Source: Perkinsus chesapeaki ATCC PRA-425 (lineage: Eukaryota; Protista; Perkinsozoa). Taken from it: a DNA stretch of 64,000 nt. A program made the position numbers and the translations under genes. Positions 11,989 to 21,878 of the stretch are shown here, one piece after another. Under the pieces are notes generated by a model. The model was not told the origin of the DNA, did not search any database, and saw nothing but the letters and a program-made list of their open reading frames with translations. Location of the stretch: contig JAAPAO010000055.1 in NCBI GenBank assembly GCA_013115145.1, positions 35,985 to 99,984 on the forward strand, in the 5' to 3' direction. Position 1 is the stretch's first letter; each line of letters opens with the position of its first letter.

Positions 11989-13705
11989 ATGACCTGCCAG
12001 CCTGCACTATCTGCATGGTGGGATGTGCCCACTGGCCTCGTACCTCGCCGCTCGTTTTTTCGTCCCTCATCGTACGCGTCTCGGAGTACTAAATATGTTA
12101 ATATTCAAGTAGTTTAGTATCAATGTGCAAAGTAATTCATGTAGGATACCACGGGGAAGATTCACTCACGGGTAGCAGATTATTGGTAGTGTTTAAATTC
12201 ATCGGGTTGAAAAGGTGACTGGAAATTGCTGCGTCTCCGATTTCTTCAAGAATTTGAAATTCTGAATTTCATGAGGGCTACAAACGATGTTCTTTTCTAC
12301 AGTTTTCGAGTTGAAGATTCCAACCTCCATGTGCTTTTCAACTTGGCACGGCCAAGATGAGGAAAGGTGCGGCATAAGACGGTCTTATTGAGACCGTACT
12401 TTGTTCGACCCCTGGCTTTAGTGGCAATCGCTTTTAGTCATAGACTATAACTTGTCTTAGTTAGCTTGACCGTGGAGGCCTTGACAGTAAACACATTGTT
12501 GGCGACGCGGATGTCGTCGAACAAGTATAAACTTTGCTCTACTGCATATTCTAATCTACGCATCGATTTCCCCCTTGAATATTTCAGCCTCAGTTTCCTT
12601 GTTCCCTTTTCTGGTCTCGGGCCCTCCTCCTGACAAGTCAGCTTTACCGCGGCCAGATTCTGGTGACCAGGAGCGGATTCTTCAAGTTATCCTTCGAGTT
12701 CAAGGTTCATTCCTTTGCTTCAAGAAAGCTTTTTGATAGGACCATCCTCAATGTTATCCTCGTCCGGCAAGGACTCGGCGCAAACTGTCATCGCTAGTAG
12801 CGATTCGCTACGATCGCTACAGTACATCGTACTCGGTAGTACCGACTCGGTACCGGAAGCTGCGAACTCAGTTCACAGCCTGTGTATGTGCAGCGCTCGA
12901 ATTCGCCACTGTTCGGCGAACTGCACAATTCGAAGCTCGAATTGTTTCAAAGTTTTAACTTTTTTCCTCGAATCTTCAACTGCAACTTATCAAATCATTT
13001 GATTCGCGGGCCGCGACTCGCCGCACCATTTCCGGATGTCTTCAGAACGGGGTGCATTGATTTACTGTTTTTGGGAACGGTGCTCGCCCAAGATGTAATC
13101 CGATCTCTTCTGCTCATCGACTGGCGCAAATAGACGTTCTTAACGTCGAATAGTTCAGCGCGAACTTTCGCATCGCTCTCTGTTTAGGATTCCCGAGGAG
13201 ACTCTGTCATTCTCCCATGTGCGCACGGTGGTCTCTGTCTTGAATGCGTTACGGCCATAAGGCGGTCAGGCAAGAGCTGTCGCTAATACTCTTGCATAGT
13301 GGATTCTGTCGCAGCACATCCCTTCTGTCCTCAATGCCGACAGCCAATAGCAAGGACAGTTCAGTTGGAGGAGATAAGCAACCAAGTTGCTAAGTGAGAC
13401 TTACAGTTGATTTCCCACGGTAGCGCGGCCAATGCTCAATTCTATGGCGTTCATTCGTCGTTGAACTCGTAACGAGTTCGACATTCCAAGGCAACCTAGC
13501 TGCTCCTCAGCCGTATGATGATCACACCGTACTCCGAGTTTCTCCGAATTTCTCGAGGAAGTCTTCTCGTCACGAGAATCTCGTGCGGTCAAACCAATTC
13601 TACACTTGCGTGGTTTTCCTTTTATCTTTTGTATTTGTCTCTAGTTGACGTCTTTTATCTTTTTCTTTTAACATGTCTTGTCGATATTGTATATTTCATC
13701 TTTTC

Positions 13706-13732
13706 AAAATACAAAAGATTCTTTTGTATTTT
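13706..13732. repeat. Perfect 13-bp inverted repeat with 1-nt spacer
   Basis: aaaatacaaaaga-t-tcttttgtatttt, inside a T-rich tract upstream of the gene at 13795. Confidence 0.9.
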
Positions 13733-13794
13733 GTTAGAGGCATCGAGATCCGAGTACCTCCCCCGAATTGATCGTGAATGAAGCCTCCTTTCCC

Positions 13795-15512
13795 ATGGAG
13801 CGTTGTTACTACCGTCATGTATCATTGCTTCGTTGTTAGCTATCAAGGGCCGACTTGAGTTCACTAGGAACCGAAAGAAGCGAAGAGTTTCTTGGCAGAT
13901 TTATATCTTCTGTATCGCATGTTTGGTAAAAAGGACGATTCTTCCCACAGCAGCGCCGGCTCATCCTCGAACAAGAAACAATCTGTGAGCAGTATGGCTA
14001 CAGCCTCCGATGCAGCCCCACTTACTAGGCTGTATGACCTTCAAAAGAGAAGACAGAAGGCCAGGTAATAGCGGGCACGTGTACTCCTATGATTCTAACT
14101 TACAACGAAAGGGCTACAACTTGCAACAACGATACTGTTTTACCTTAATGTTTGCGGCAAACATTGATGGCAGCCATCAATACAAGTCATAGTTGCTCTA
14201 TGACTTTTGAATTTGCTTTTTGTTCAAGGCACCAGGGACCCTAGTGACTTCCTGTTAAGGGGCCTGGTCGGAACCTTACGGTATGACGTTTCATCTCATG
14301 GCTTCGCAGTCTTCATACAATTACCAGCTCTATTGCTTTTTATGTATTTCTGTTCAGAGATACCCGCCGTATGGTTGCCGCTGCCTCGAACTATCCACCC
14401 AGCACCCTTTCACGCTATTATACCGCCAGCGAGTACGGCATTGTTGGCTACAATAACACCAGTATGGCTAGCTTTCCTCCAGGGGCTACATCTGTTAGAT
14501 CTATGGGCACTTCACGTTCTTGCTATGCACCTGTAAGGGTCTAAGCCGTTGGTAACTGATTCGTTCCACAGGTTCTTACCCCAAGCCCTGCCTCTAGATC
14601 GGGAATGCCGAGCATGTAGGTGTAGGGAGGGGTCTAGTAGCGGCAGAGTGGCATAGCGTAACTGTACGATAATCACGGTTACCTCAAGCACTCATCAACG
14701 CAAGCAGTCGCGTTGTGTGCGCACACGTCGGCATAATCATTTTTCGCACGATGAGTATGCTCAATTTGACGACGATCTTGGATTCCTATGTTGACTTTAT
14801 CTAATCGGTCTGTCCAGTAGTACCTTGCGTACACTATACATACCCTGCCATCTACCTTATTAGAGCGGATAACCTCGCTTCTCCGTACTATCGATAGTGT
14901 GGCCTTGAAAGAGATGTTTTCTTTTACGTAGTTCCGCGACATCCCTTATTAAGGTACCCCCAGTCACCGCCCTATAACCAAGACTTCTCTGGTCCAGTGA
15001 TGCTACCAAGAGTTGGTGTACCACTCCCACCGCGTGAGATAGCCAGTGGATACTACTATGGGCCGTCAGAGGTAGGTCCTGTTTTCGCACAGCGTGGTGT
15101 GAATTTAACAAAAACTTTGAACGTTAAACCATTCCCCGAGGAGCCAGTCGTTGCTGGTAGTGTTAGGCATATGACCGAGTGCAGTCTCGATCCTACTCGC
15201 GTATTTTCATTAGTTCTGCAATACGCTAACTTTGTTTTTCAAATATTATGCTCTATTTTCCTGTCTGAGGATTATTCAGACGAGAGCTAAATTCCACTTG
15301 GCTTACAGTTTTTGCTGTTTGTTCAGGAATTGGCAGCCCCTCCACCTCCGCCACACATGAAGACCTCGTACTCTTGTCCGAGGCCAGCAGCTGTGCCTGC
15401 CGTCGACTTAGGACTGTCGATGGCAGCTGAGGAAGTTTTCGAAGAAGAGCCGGAGCCGAGCCGTGTTAGGCTTAGTGTTACCCACGAGTGTTCGGCTACT
15501 AGATCCTGGTGA
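13795..15512 (+). CDS. Hypothetical multi-exon protein
   Basis: A series of short open exons is bounded by GT/AG, e.g. QQRRLILEQETI, LYDLQKRRQKA, DTRRMVAAASNYPPSTLSRYY..., ELAAPPPPPHMK.... No domain recognised; this could be more than one gene. Confidence 0.4.
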
Positions 15513-15697
15513 AGTCTGCCGTCGTGATTGACTTTATGTATTATATTTTATTACTGAACTCATTGCATAGATTTTGCAACAATCACATCATCAAAGACCA
15601 GTTCTGTCGTCTCGTCCCCCCCCGTTGTCTCTACGTACACCATAAGACAATAGTAGTCTGGCAATAATAATAATATCCTAAATTGTTCCTCTAATGC

Positions 15698-16280
15698 ATG
15701 TGTATTATGATGATGACATCAACTGCGGCGGTGGCAGCCTCTGATGACATCTCACAAGCCGATGACTGGCCGCGTTTGCCCCCCCATCAAAAGTTGCTGC
15801 ATTTCCTCCATTACATACTCGGGATATCATTTTTCTCACTCGGACTACTGATACCGCTGCTATCTGAGGTGCCGTCGTTGAATACTAGGCCCCCCTTAGT
15901 TAATCACAATAGTCTCTCCGTATGATGTGGCTTTGTTGTCTTTGTTCAATTAAAAAGTTCCGGTTCCAGGCTGATGGCGTCACCTGGTATCGGTTTACGT
16001 TACACATTAGCACTTTAACTCGGACGCGCTATTGTTGTCGATGAAGAGCTCTACTGGTTGAGCTGCTTTACCTGTCCTCGGGTGAATATGCAGCAATAGG
16101 GAATCCGAAGTAGCCGTTGATCTGGCTGCTGCTGCAGTGACGATGAGAATTAATAACGAAGTTCCTGCTTTGCGCAAGGTGTCTGTCCCCATCCTGTAAA
16201 GTGGTTCACGCACAGCAGAATAGAGAAATGTTTGTGCAGCTTTTTGATGGTAGATTCTCCCGCAGGGTCCCATGTGCCTG
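15698..16280 (+). CDS. Hypothetical membrane protein
   Basis: A TM segment (LLHFLHYILGISFFSLGLLIPLL) ends at a GT donor, with further short exons. No domain recognised. Confidence 0.3.
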
Positions 16281-16355
16281 CCGATCCATTAGCTCGTTCT
16301 CCGTGAGAAACTGTGGAATATAGTGCGGTGCTAGGACTGCCTCAGGTACAGTAAA

Positions 16356-18487
16356 ATGCTATACAGGGGCACAGTGCTGCCTAATAAGGAATGGGCAGAG
16401 ACCAAGGCATTGCGAATTATTTCGCGCTCCATCGACCAGAACTATGCACCACAGTCGGACAGGAATGCAGCAAAAAAGGAGTCGGAACAGATTTGGCCAC
16501 CGGTAAGCTACACTGGCCTTCGATTGTACTTTTTGCCTCTTCGGTGTAGATTATTTGCAGGTTGTCGGGCTGCCATCTTCATTCGACCCCTCCTTCGGTC
16601 GGGCTGTACCCCCTTGTCCGACGCTGGATGACGCCTTCAGACAATGCACTTTACCATTCGACTTAGTGAGCCTTACTGTACCTGGATTCACTATCGTGAT
16701 GACTCTCGCCATTGACTTGCACATGTTACCTATAGAATGTGCCGTGCTTTTCGAGTAGCCTCATCGGGCAGCGTACGTACAGCGATGGGACATGGAAATG
16801 TCACCTGCCCGCAACTTCGTTACTGTTCGCCTTGCTGTTGGCGCTCTAGACGGCCATGTTGTTTATCGGAGCAAGATCCGGGCAATAGTTCGAACAATGA
16901 TTCCGTTCGCGGCTTCCGGCAGTCGGGCCTCCTCCTATTAGGTTCCTCCTGCTAGCAAAGTACATCGTAGTGTCTCAGGTTGGGGTACTTGATTCACTCC
17001 CTCAGCCAGTTTTGAAGCTAGATCTCAGTGGTGGGCATCCAACGCTAACAAGCTCCTGCTTTGACGGACTAGCTCAGAAGCTGCCAGTCGCGCTGACAAG
17101 CCTCCAAGAAGCGAATCTTGCGTACGCTGCAATGATAAGATTTACCGATACTCGGCTCGGCTTAGATCCACCTTCTACACTTCATCCTTTCTCACAGCTT
17201 TGTTGACCGCAAGCCGGTTTTCACTGAACAATTTAATACTGGAAAACGGCCGTGTTCCAGGCGCTGTGGATGGAGCGATTGATGCACTGGAGCAAGCGAC
17301 CTCGATCAAGTAGATCTCACATGGCGCCCATCTTACTCCTCCTTGGCAAGTAGGCACCTGAACCTTCGGTCGCTAAAGGGTCTCTCTCCCACCACCGTAG
17401 CATCCCTTGGTGCACTGGAGCTGCTGGAATCTCTAGACTTGGGGCACAACTCTGAGGCAGTGACAGACGCCTCGATCAGGGTCATTGCTCAGGGAGTGAG
17501 GAGGCTTAGGAAAATAAACCTTACATGGCAAGTCCGGCGCCGCAATCCACATTGTCGTATCCGTCTCAAGTATCCTGAGCACGGCCCTCGCGAGTCTGTG
17601 TCGTATCACGGAAGGGCCTAGATACCTTGCGGTCACTTCCGACATTAGTGAACTTAGTCCGTCGGCAAGCGATTTTACCGCAGCTGGCCTGAAGGACCTT
17701 TGCTCCGATCAACCCCAGCTGGAAGTCCTCAACGTTTCTCACGCAGCGGGATTAACGAACGAAGTAAACCCAGTGGAACGCACATCAGCGAAATCCTTGC
17801 CAGGGGGACGTGTCCGCGGCACTCGCACTGTGCGAGGCGCTTGAGTCGCTTGACATCAGTTCTTGTCCAGCCCTTAGTGACGCAACACTGATATCTTTGC
17901 GGAGGTAATCGATGCTCTGTCTTGGCGACCTCGGGCATCACGTGCCTGGCCGATGCGGGACCGTGTCCATCTGCCAGGAACTCCTTGGAGGCTCTCAGCA
18001 TCCGGGATGCTCCAGAAGGGGTGACATTGACGGGTCTCATCAAGGTGCTCCAAGGTTCACCCGAGCTGCTCTTCCTGGATCTCAATGGCTGCGCATGCCT
18101 GAAGTCCAGGGAGGCGGTGGTCGAATTGCTGACTCAACCCTGTATAGGAGAATTGAAAGAGTGAGCGGCGGCGGGCCACTGTGATGAACTGTTGTCTATC
18201 TGCCCTATCACCTGTATAGCGGCATGCGCTCAGGTTGATACTGTCACGGCCAGCAGATCTCCCGGCCTCGGAAGCGGCAAAGTTAGAGAAGTCGCTTCCA
18301 CATGGGCGGGTCTACTGGACCGAAAGCCATTTGCGTGAGGCGCCCAACTTCGAAATGGTGGGCTTACTCGGGCTCACTTTACCGAGCCTCCCCTGGGTGT
18401 CAGGTTTGCCCGTTGAGTGGAGGAACTAAGAAAAAGGGGAAGGCGAAGAAAAAGGGCACTAAAGGTGGCAAAAAGAAGAAGAAATGA
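16356..18487 (+). CDS. Leucine-rich repeat protein (RNI/FBXL-type LRRs) with poly-Lys C-terminus
   Basis: Repeated LxxLxLx motifs: LKLDLSGG, LTSLQEANLA, LESLDLGHNSEAVTDASIRVIA, LRKINLTW, LLFLDLNGC. The C-terminus is KKKGKAKKKGTKGGKKKKK*. Confidence 0.75.
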
Positions 18488-18496
18488 CATGCTACC

Positions 18497-20437
18497 TTGT
18501 CGCTCCACAAGTCCATGGGGGTTGAGTTGGGCGGGCCTAGATTCGTTCCTCCTTCCCAAGCTCGAATGCCCGCCGTCCCTCTCCTGTACGCTCAAAGCAT
18601 CCTCGAGCTCCAGCCTTACCAGCTTGTTGGCCTCTGTAAGACCGCCGCGGCTGCCTCTATCCGGGACCCGAGATTTTGGCAGATGGTTCGACATCGTTTG
18701 GGTGCCTGGAGTAAGGAATCGGCATTCTGACGTTCTCAAAGTTTCATCGAGCCTCATTGCCCAGGTCCATACACATTAACGCCGAATCAGCTGGCAAGCA
18801 TTTTAGCGAGTATCATCCATGTGGCCATTCCAAACCGGTCAGTGCGGCGTCTGCCAGCTAAGGAGGCATCAGCTTCCCTTCGCGACCCGATGCGATTGGA
18901 GCACATAGCGGCCGACTTCGCCGAGACAGCGTGTCAATTAGTAGAAGCCTGCGTTATATCTACATCACCCTCCAGGCCAGCGTTGCTGTCCTTGGCTAAC
19001 TCTCTAGTTGCTCTCGGGGCGGACACGCGAAGTCCGGGTACCCGGTATGTTTTATTGAACATCCTCGCCGGTGCGAGCTCGCTGAGTCCTGCGGATATAT
19101 GTCGGCTTCTTCCGATGCTGAAATCGGCGGGGCTGTCACTGCCCGAGGAGATGCTTCAGCGACTCCTGTTGACAGAAGGGCAATGCTTGAGCATGGATGA
19201 GATCTCTGTGGCGTACGAAGCGACGGTCGAGCAGGAGATAGGCAAATGGTTGGAGGAAAAAGATTCGCAGGAGTGGACACCAGAAGTCATCCTTCGGGTG
19301 GCTCGGTGTTGCGGCAGCGCACGGCTGGCTAATAAAGTTGCCAAAGCATGCTTGGACAACCGAAAGGTGGTTTACTTCGGTCCTGATGGTGCTGATCTTG
19401 AAGGCTTTATGAGCGGCGCTATGCACGGTTGCGATATCAAACAGGAGCTTCACATAGGTCAGCGGTAGCGGTTTTCGTATCCCGGTCTGCGGTAGCGTAC
19501 TTTTTTCAGAGCTCTGTTCCTGGCTCAGCCCTCTTGTTGCCCGACAGTTGGATGCGTTCCAGCATCCCTGTATTGTATTGAGGGGAATGAGACCCTCGAA
19601 GTGTTCACGATTTGAAGGCAGATGGGCGCACGAGATAAGCAATGTAGGTTGATAGCTCCCTTGGTGCTATTCGCTCCATCGGTCCACTGGACCGGGTCCA
19701 GTGTGGTGCTGTACTGTTCTGCCGATTCACAGCTCGAGTCAACAAGAGGCTTGATTTGGGTTTCTGGAATTCGCTTCTGACTCTCTGAGGGACTTGACAG
19801 TAGTCTCCGACCACCCTCATTCCAGGGCCTTCTGGAAAGTGTAGCGCGACTTCTTGATCCCGAGCGAACTAACAAACCGGCTGCTGTAGAAGTATTGGAG
19901 CTCGCAGTAGCAGCCGCGGAGGCCCTAGGCTTAGCCAGGAATCACGAGGTGACCTCATGGAGAACGCTTTAGCGATAGCGTGCCTTAGATCACACTAAGT
20001 TCAACGGCAGCAGCAATTCTCGACCCAGTGTCCACGGCAGCCCGAGACAGCGTATGGGAGATTCCGATGGACAGACTGCCTGAGTTGCTGTTAGCTGTGT
20101 TCTCGTTAGATCTCGAGGGCGGTGAGGGTCACGCTCTATCTTATCAAGTAAGTCGTTCTGTAGTGCGGCGTTCAGCTATTATCCTGCCCTTCAGGTGAGT
20201 TCAGTATTTTTACGAGCGTGTGAGAGGTGGCTTATGATTCTCAAGCAGAAGAAGACTCTCGCGCTGGAGGAGGCTGATCTGCTCACTGAATTTTTGGAAG
20301 TAGGGCGTGTCGGTAGTCTAGGGTACAACTAGGTACCATTTCAGGTGCTTGATGAAGTCGGTTACACCTACGAGGAGTTGACCGAAGCCGCCAAGGTGAT
20401 TGAAGATGATGATGCCGAGAAGGCATCGCATGATTGA
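18497..20437 (+). CDS. Alpha-helical repeat protein (HPR/OPR-like, possibly organellar)
   Basis: LQPYQLVGLCKTAAAASIRDPRFWQMV and LTPNQLASIL resemble alveolate heptatricopeptide-type repeats. Several exons lead to stop TGA at 20435-20437. Confidence 0.4.
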
Positions 20438-20543
20438 GTGTTTCAGACGAATCACGTTTCAATTCACTTTGTGTGTTTTGGGTTTATAAGCAGTCTTAAC
20501 TAACACGAACACAGTACAGCATACGTACGTTCCACGCCATGCG

Positions 20544-21650
20544 TTAGTCTATTTGGACGATTGGTCGTCGAGGGACCACTGGGGCAAAGAGAACATCTCT
20601 CCAGTCGAATCTCCAGTGCTCATTGCCGCCCTTCAAACGGAGCCCTACCGGCACCTTCCAACTGAGAGATCGTTCCTCTGCATCGATGATGCCTAAAATC
20701 TCCGGCAGCCTCCGAGCAAGTGCCTCTGGGTTGGTCAGACAGATATCTCGCATAGTACCGATGGAGGAGAAGGAAGGCACCTGCTTTAATAACAAGGAAG
20801 AACCCACAGTGCTATCGGTGGCCATGAGAGTGGACTTCACCCGTTGAGTTTTGCCCAGCGCAATGAACGCCGGCAAGTACCGCTGATCTGTCTGCAACAC
20901 TTTCACAATTAAAGGAAGCGAAAATGCTTCCGCAGCATTTAGCAGTATTTTTGGTTTGCCCGTGTCGTTCCATTCAGAAAGTCCTTGTACGTAAGTCTCG
21001 CAGTAGTGCTCGGCTTCCACAACACTGCTCTCCGCGAAGCCATCTAAACTGTTCTTCGTCTCTGAAACTCGCTGGCCGCCAAACAGGATTCTTGAACCAG
21101 GATTGATGTAGCGTTGCAAATGGGATATGAAGTCACCAATGACATCTGTACCATGGCCAAGATGCACAATGAAGTCGACTCCACCGCGATCAGCTGGTCC
21201 ATCGCGAAGGTCCATGGCCCTGGCGAGTTGGATGCTACTAATATTGAGTGGCCACGCGTGCAGTATGATATGTTGATGTACCGGTGTGGCTCCGTCATAG
21301 TAATGCATGGCATAGTCGAAGTGAGCTGCCGCCTTGTCGAAATCACCGATGCTCGCCATGTCGAGAGCGATGAGAGCATGCGACATCACCAGCGTTGCGG
21401 GGCACTCCTCTTCGAACTGCGTTTTGAATTGTGGATTGAGCTTAGCAACGAAGTAGGCCTCCAGCAACGGCGGTCGAGGCGTTTGTTCCGTGAAAAAGGA
21501 CCAAAGTTTCATCTGGTAATGAGAGACACTGAACAGGTTTATATGGAGGTTGCCTGATGGGTCGTGCCATGAGAACTCGTATTCGCTGAAGCACTGGAAC
21601 GCCGTCACCGCGGCGGTATGTACCGCAAACCAAACGAAAGCGGACAACAT
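20544..21650 (-). CDS. Intronless hypothetical secreted/membrane protein
   Basis: The 444-aa ORF probably starts at MLSAFVWFAVHTAAVTA (signal-peptide-like, ATG at 21650). It has a globular body but no recognised domain. Confidence 0.6.
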   Translation of the reverse strand: MLSAFVWFAVHTAAVTAFQCFSEYEFSWHDPSGNLHINLFSVSHYQMKLWSFFTEQTPRPPLLEAYFVAKLNPQFKTQFEEECPATLVMSHALIALDMASIGDFDKAAAHFDYAMHYYDGATPVHQHIILHAWPLNISSIQLARAMDLRDGPADRGGVDFIVHLGHGTDVIGDFISHLQRYINPGSRILFGGQRVSETKNSLDGFAESSVVEAEHYCETYVQGLSEWNDTGKPKILLNAAEAFSLPLIVKVLQTDQRYLPAFIALGKTQRVKSTLMATDSTVGSSLLLKQVPSFSSIGTMRDICLTNPEALARRLPEILGIIDAEERSLSWKVPVGLRLKGGNEHWRFDWRDVLFAPVVPRRPIVQID

Positions 21651-21878
21651 CCAGTAAGCAACTGACAGGCCGATCGTCTCGGTCTTTACTTTTAACGCAA
21701 CGCACCAGCGGTATTTGACTACTATACGGCGATTGGTACATGATAGACGATGGCACATGGTGCTGCTCAGGTGTTCAATCATGAAGTTGCTACGGACACA
21801 ACTTGCCGCAAATATCGCTAAACGATAGTGAGCAAATTTTACACTAACAACTGTTCCGCGCAAGAGGCGGATAATCAA

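Noticed and set aside
11940-12092. Possible RING finger start (LPACTICM)
   Set aside because: No downstream exon supplying the remaining Cys/His ligands could be found.
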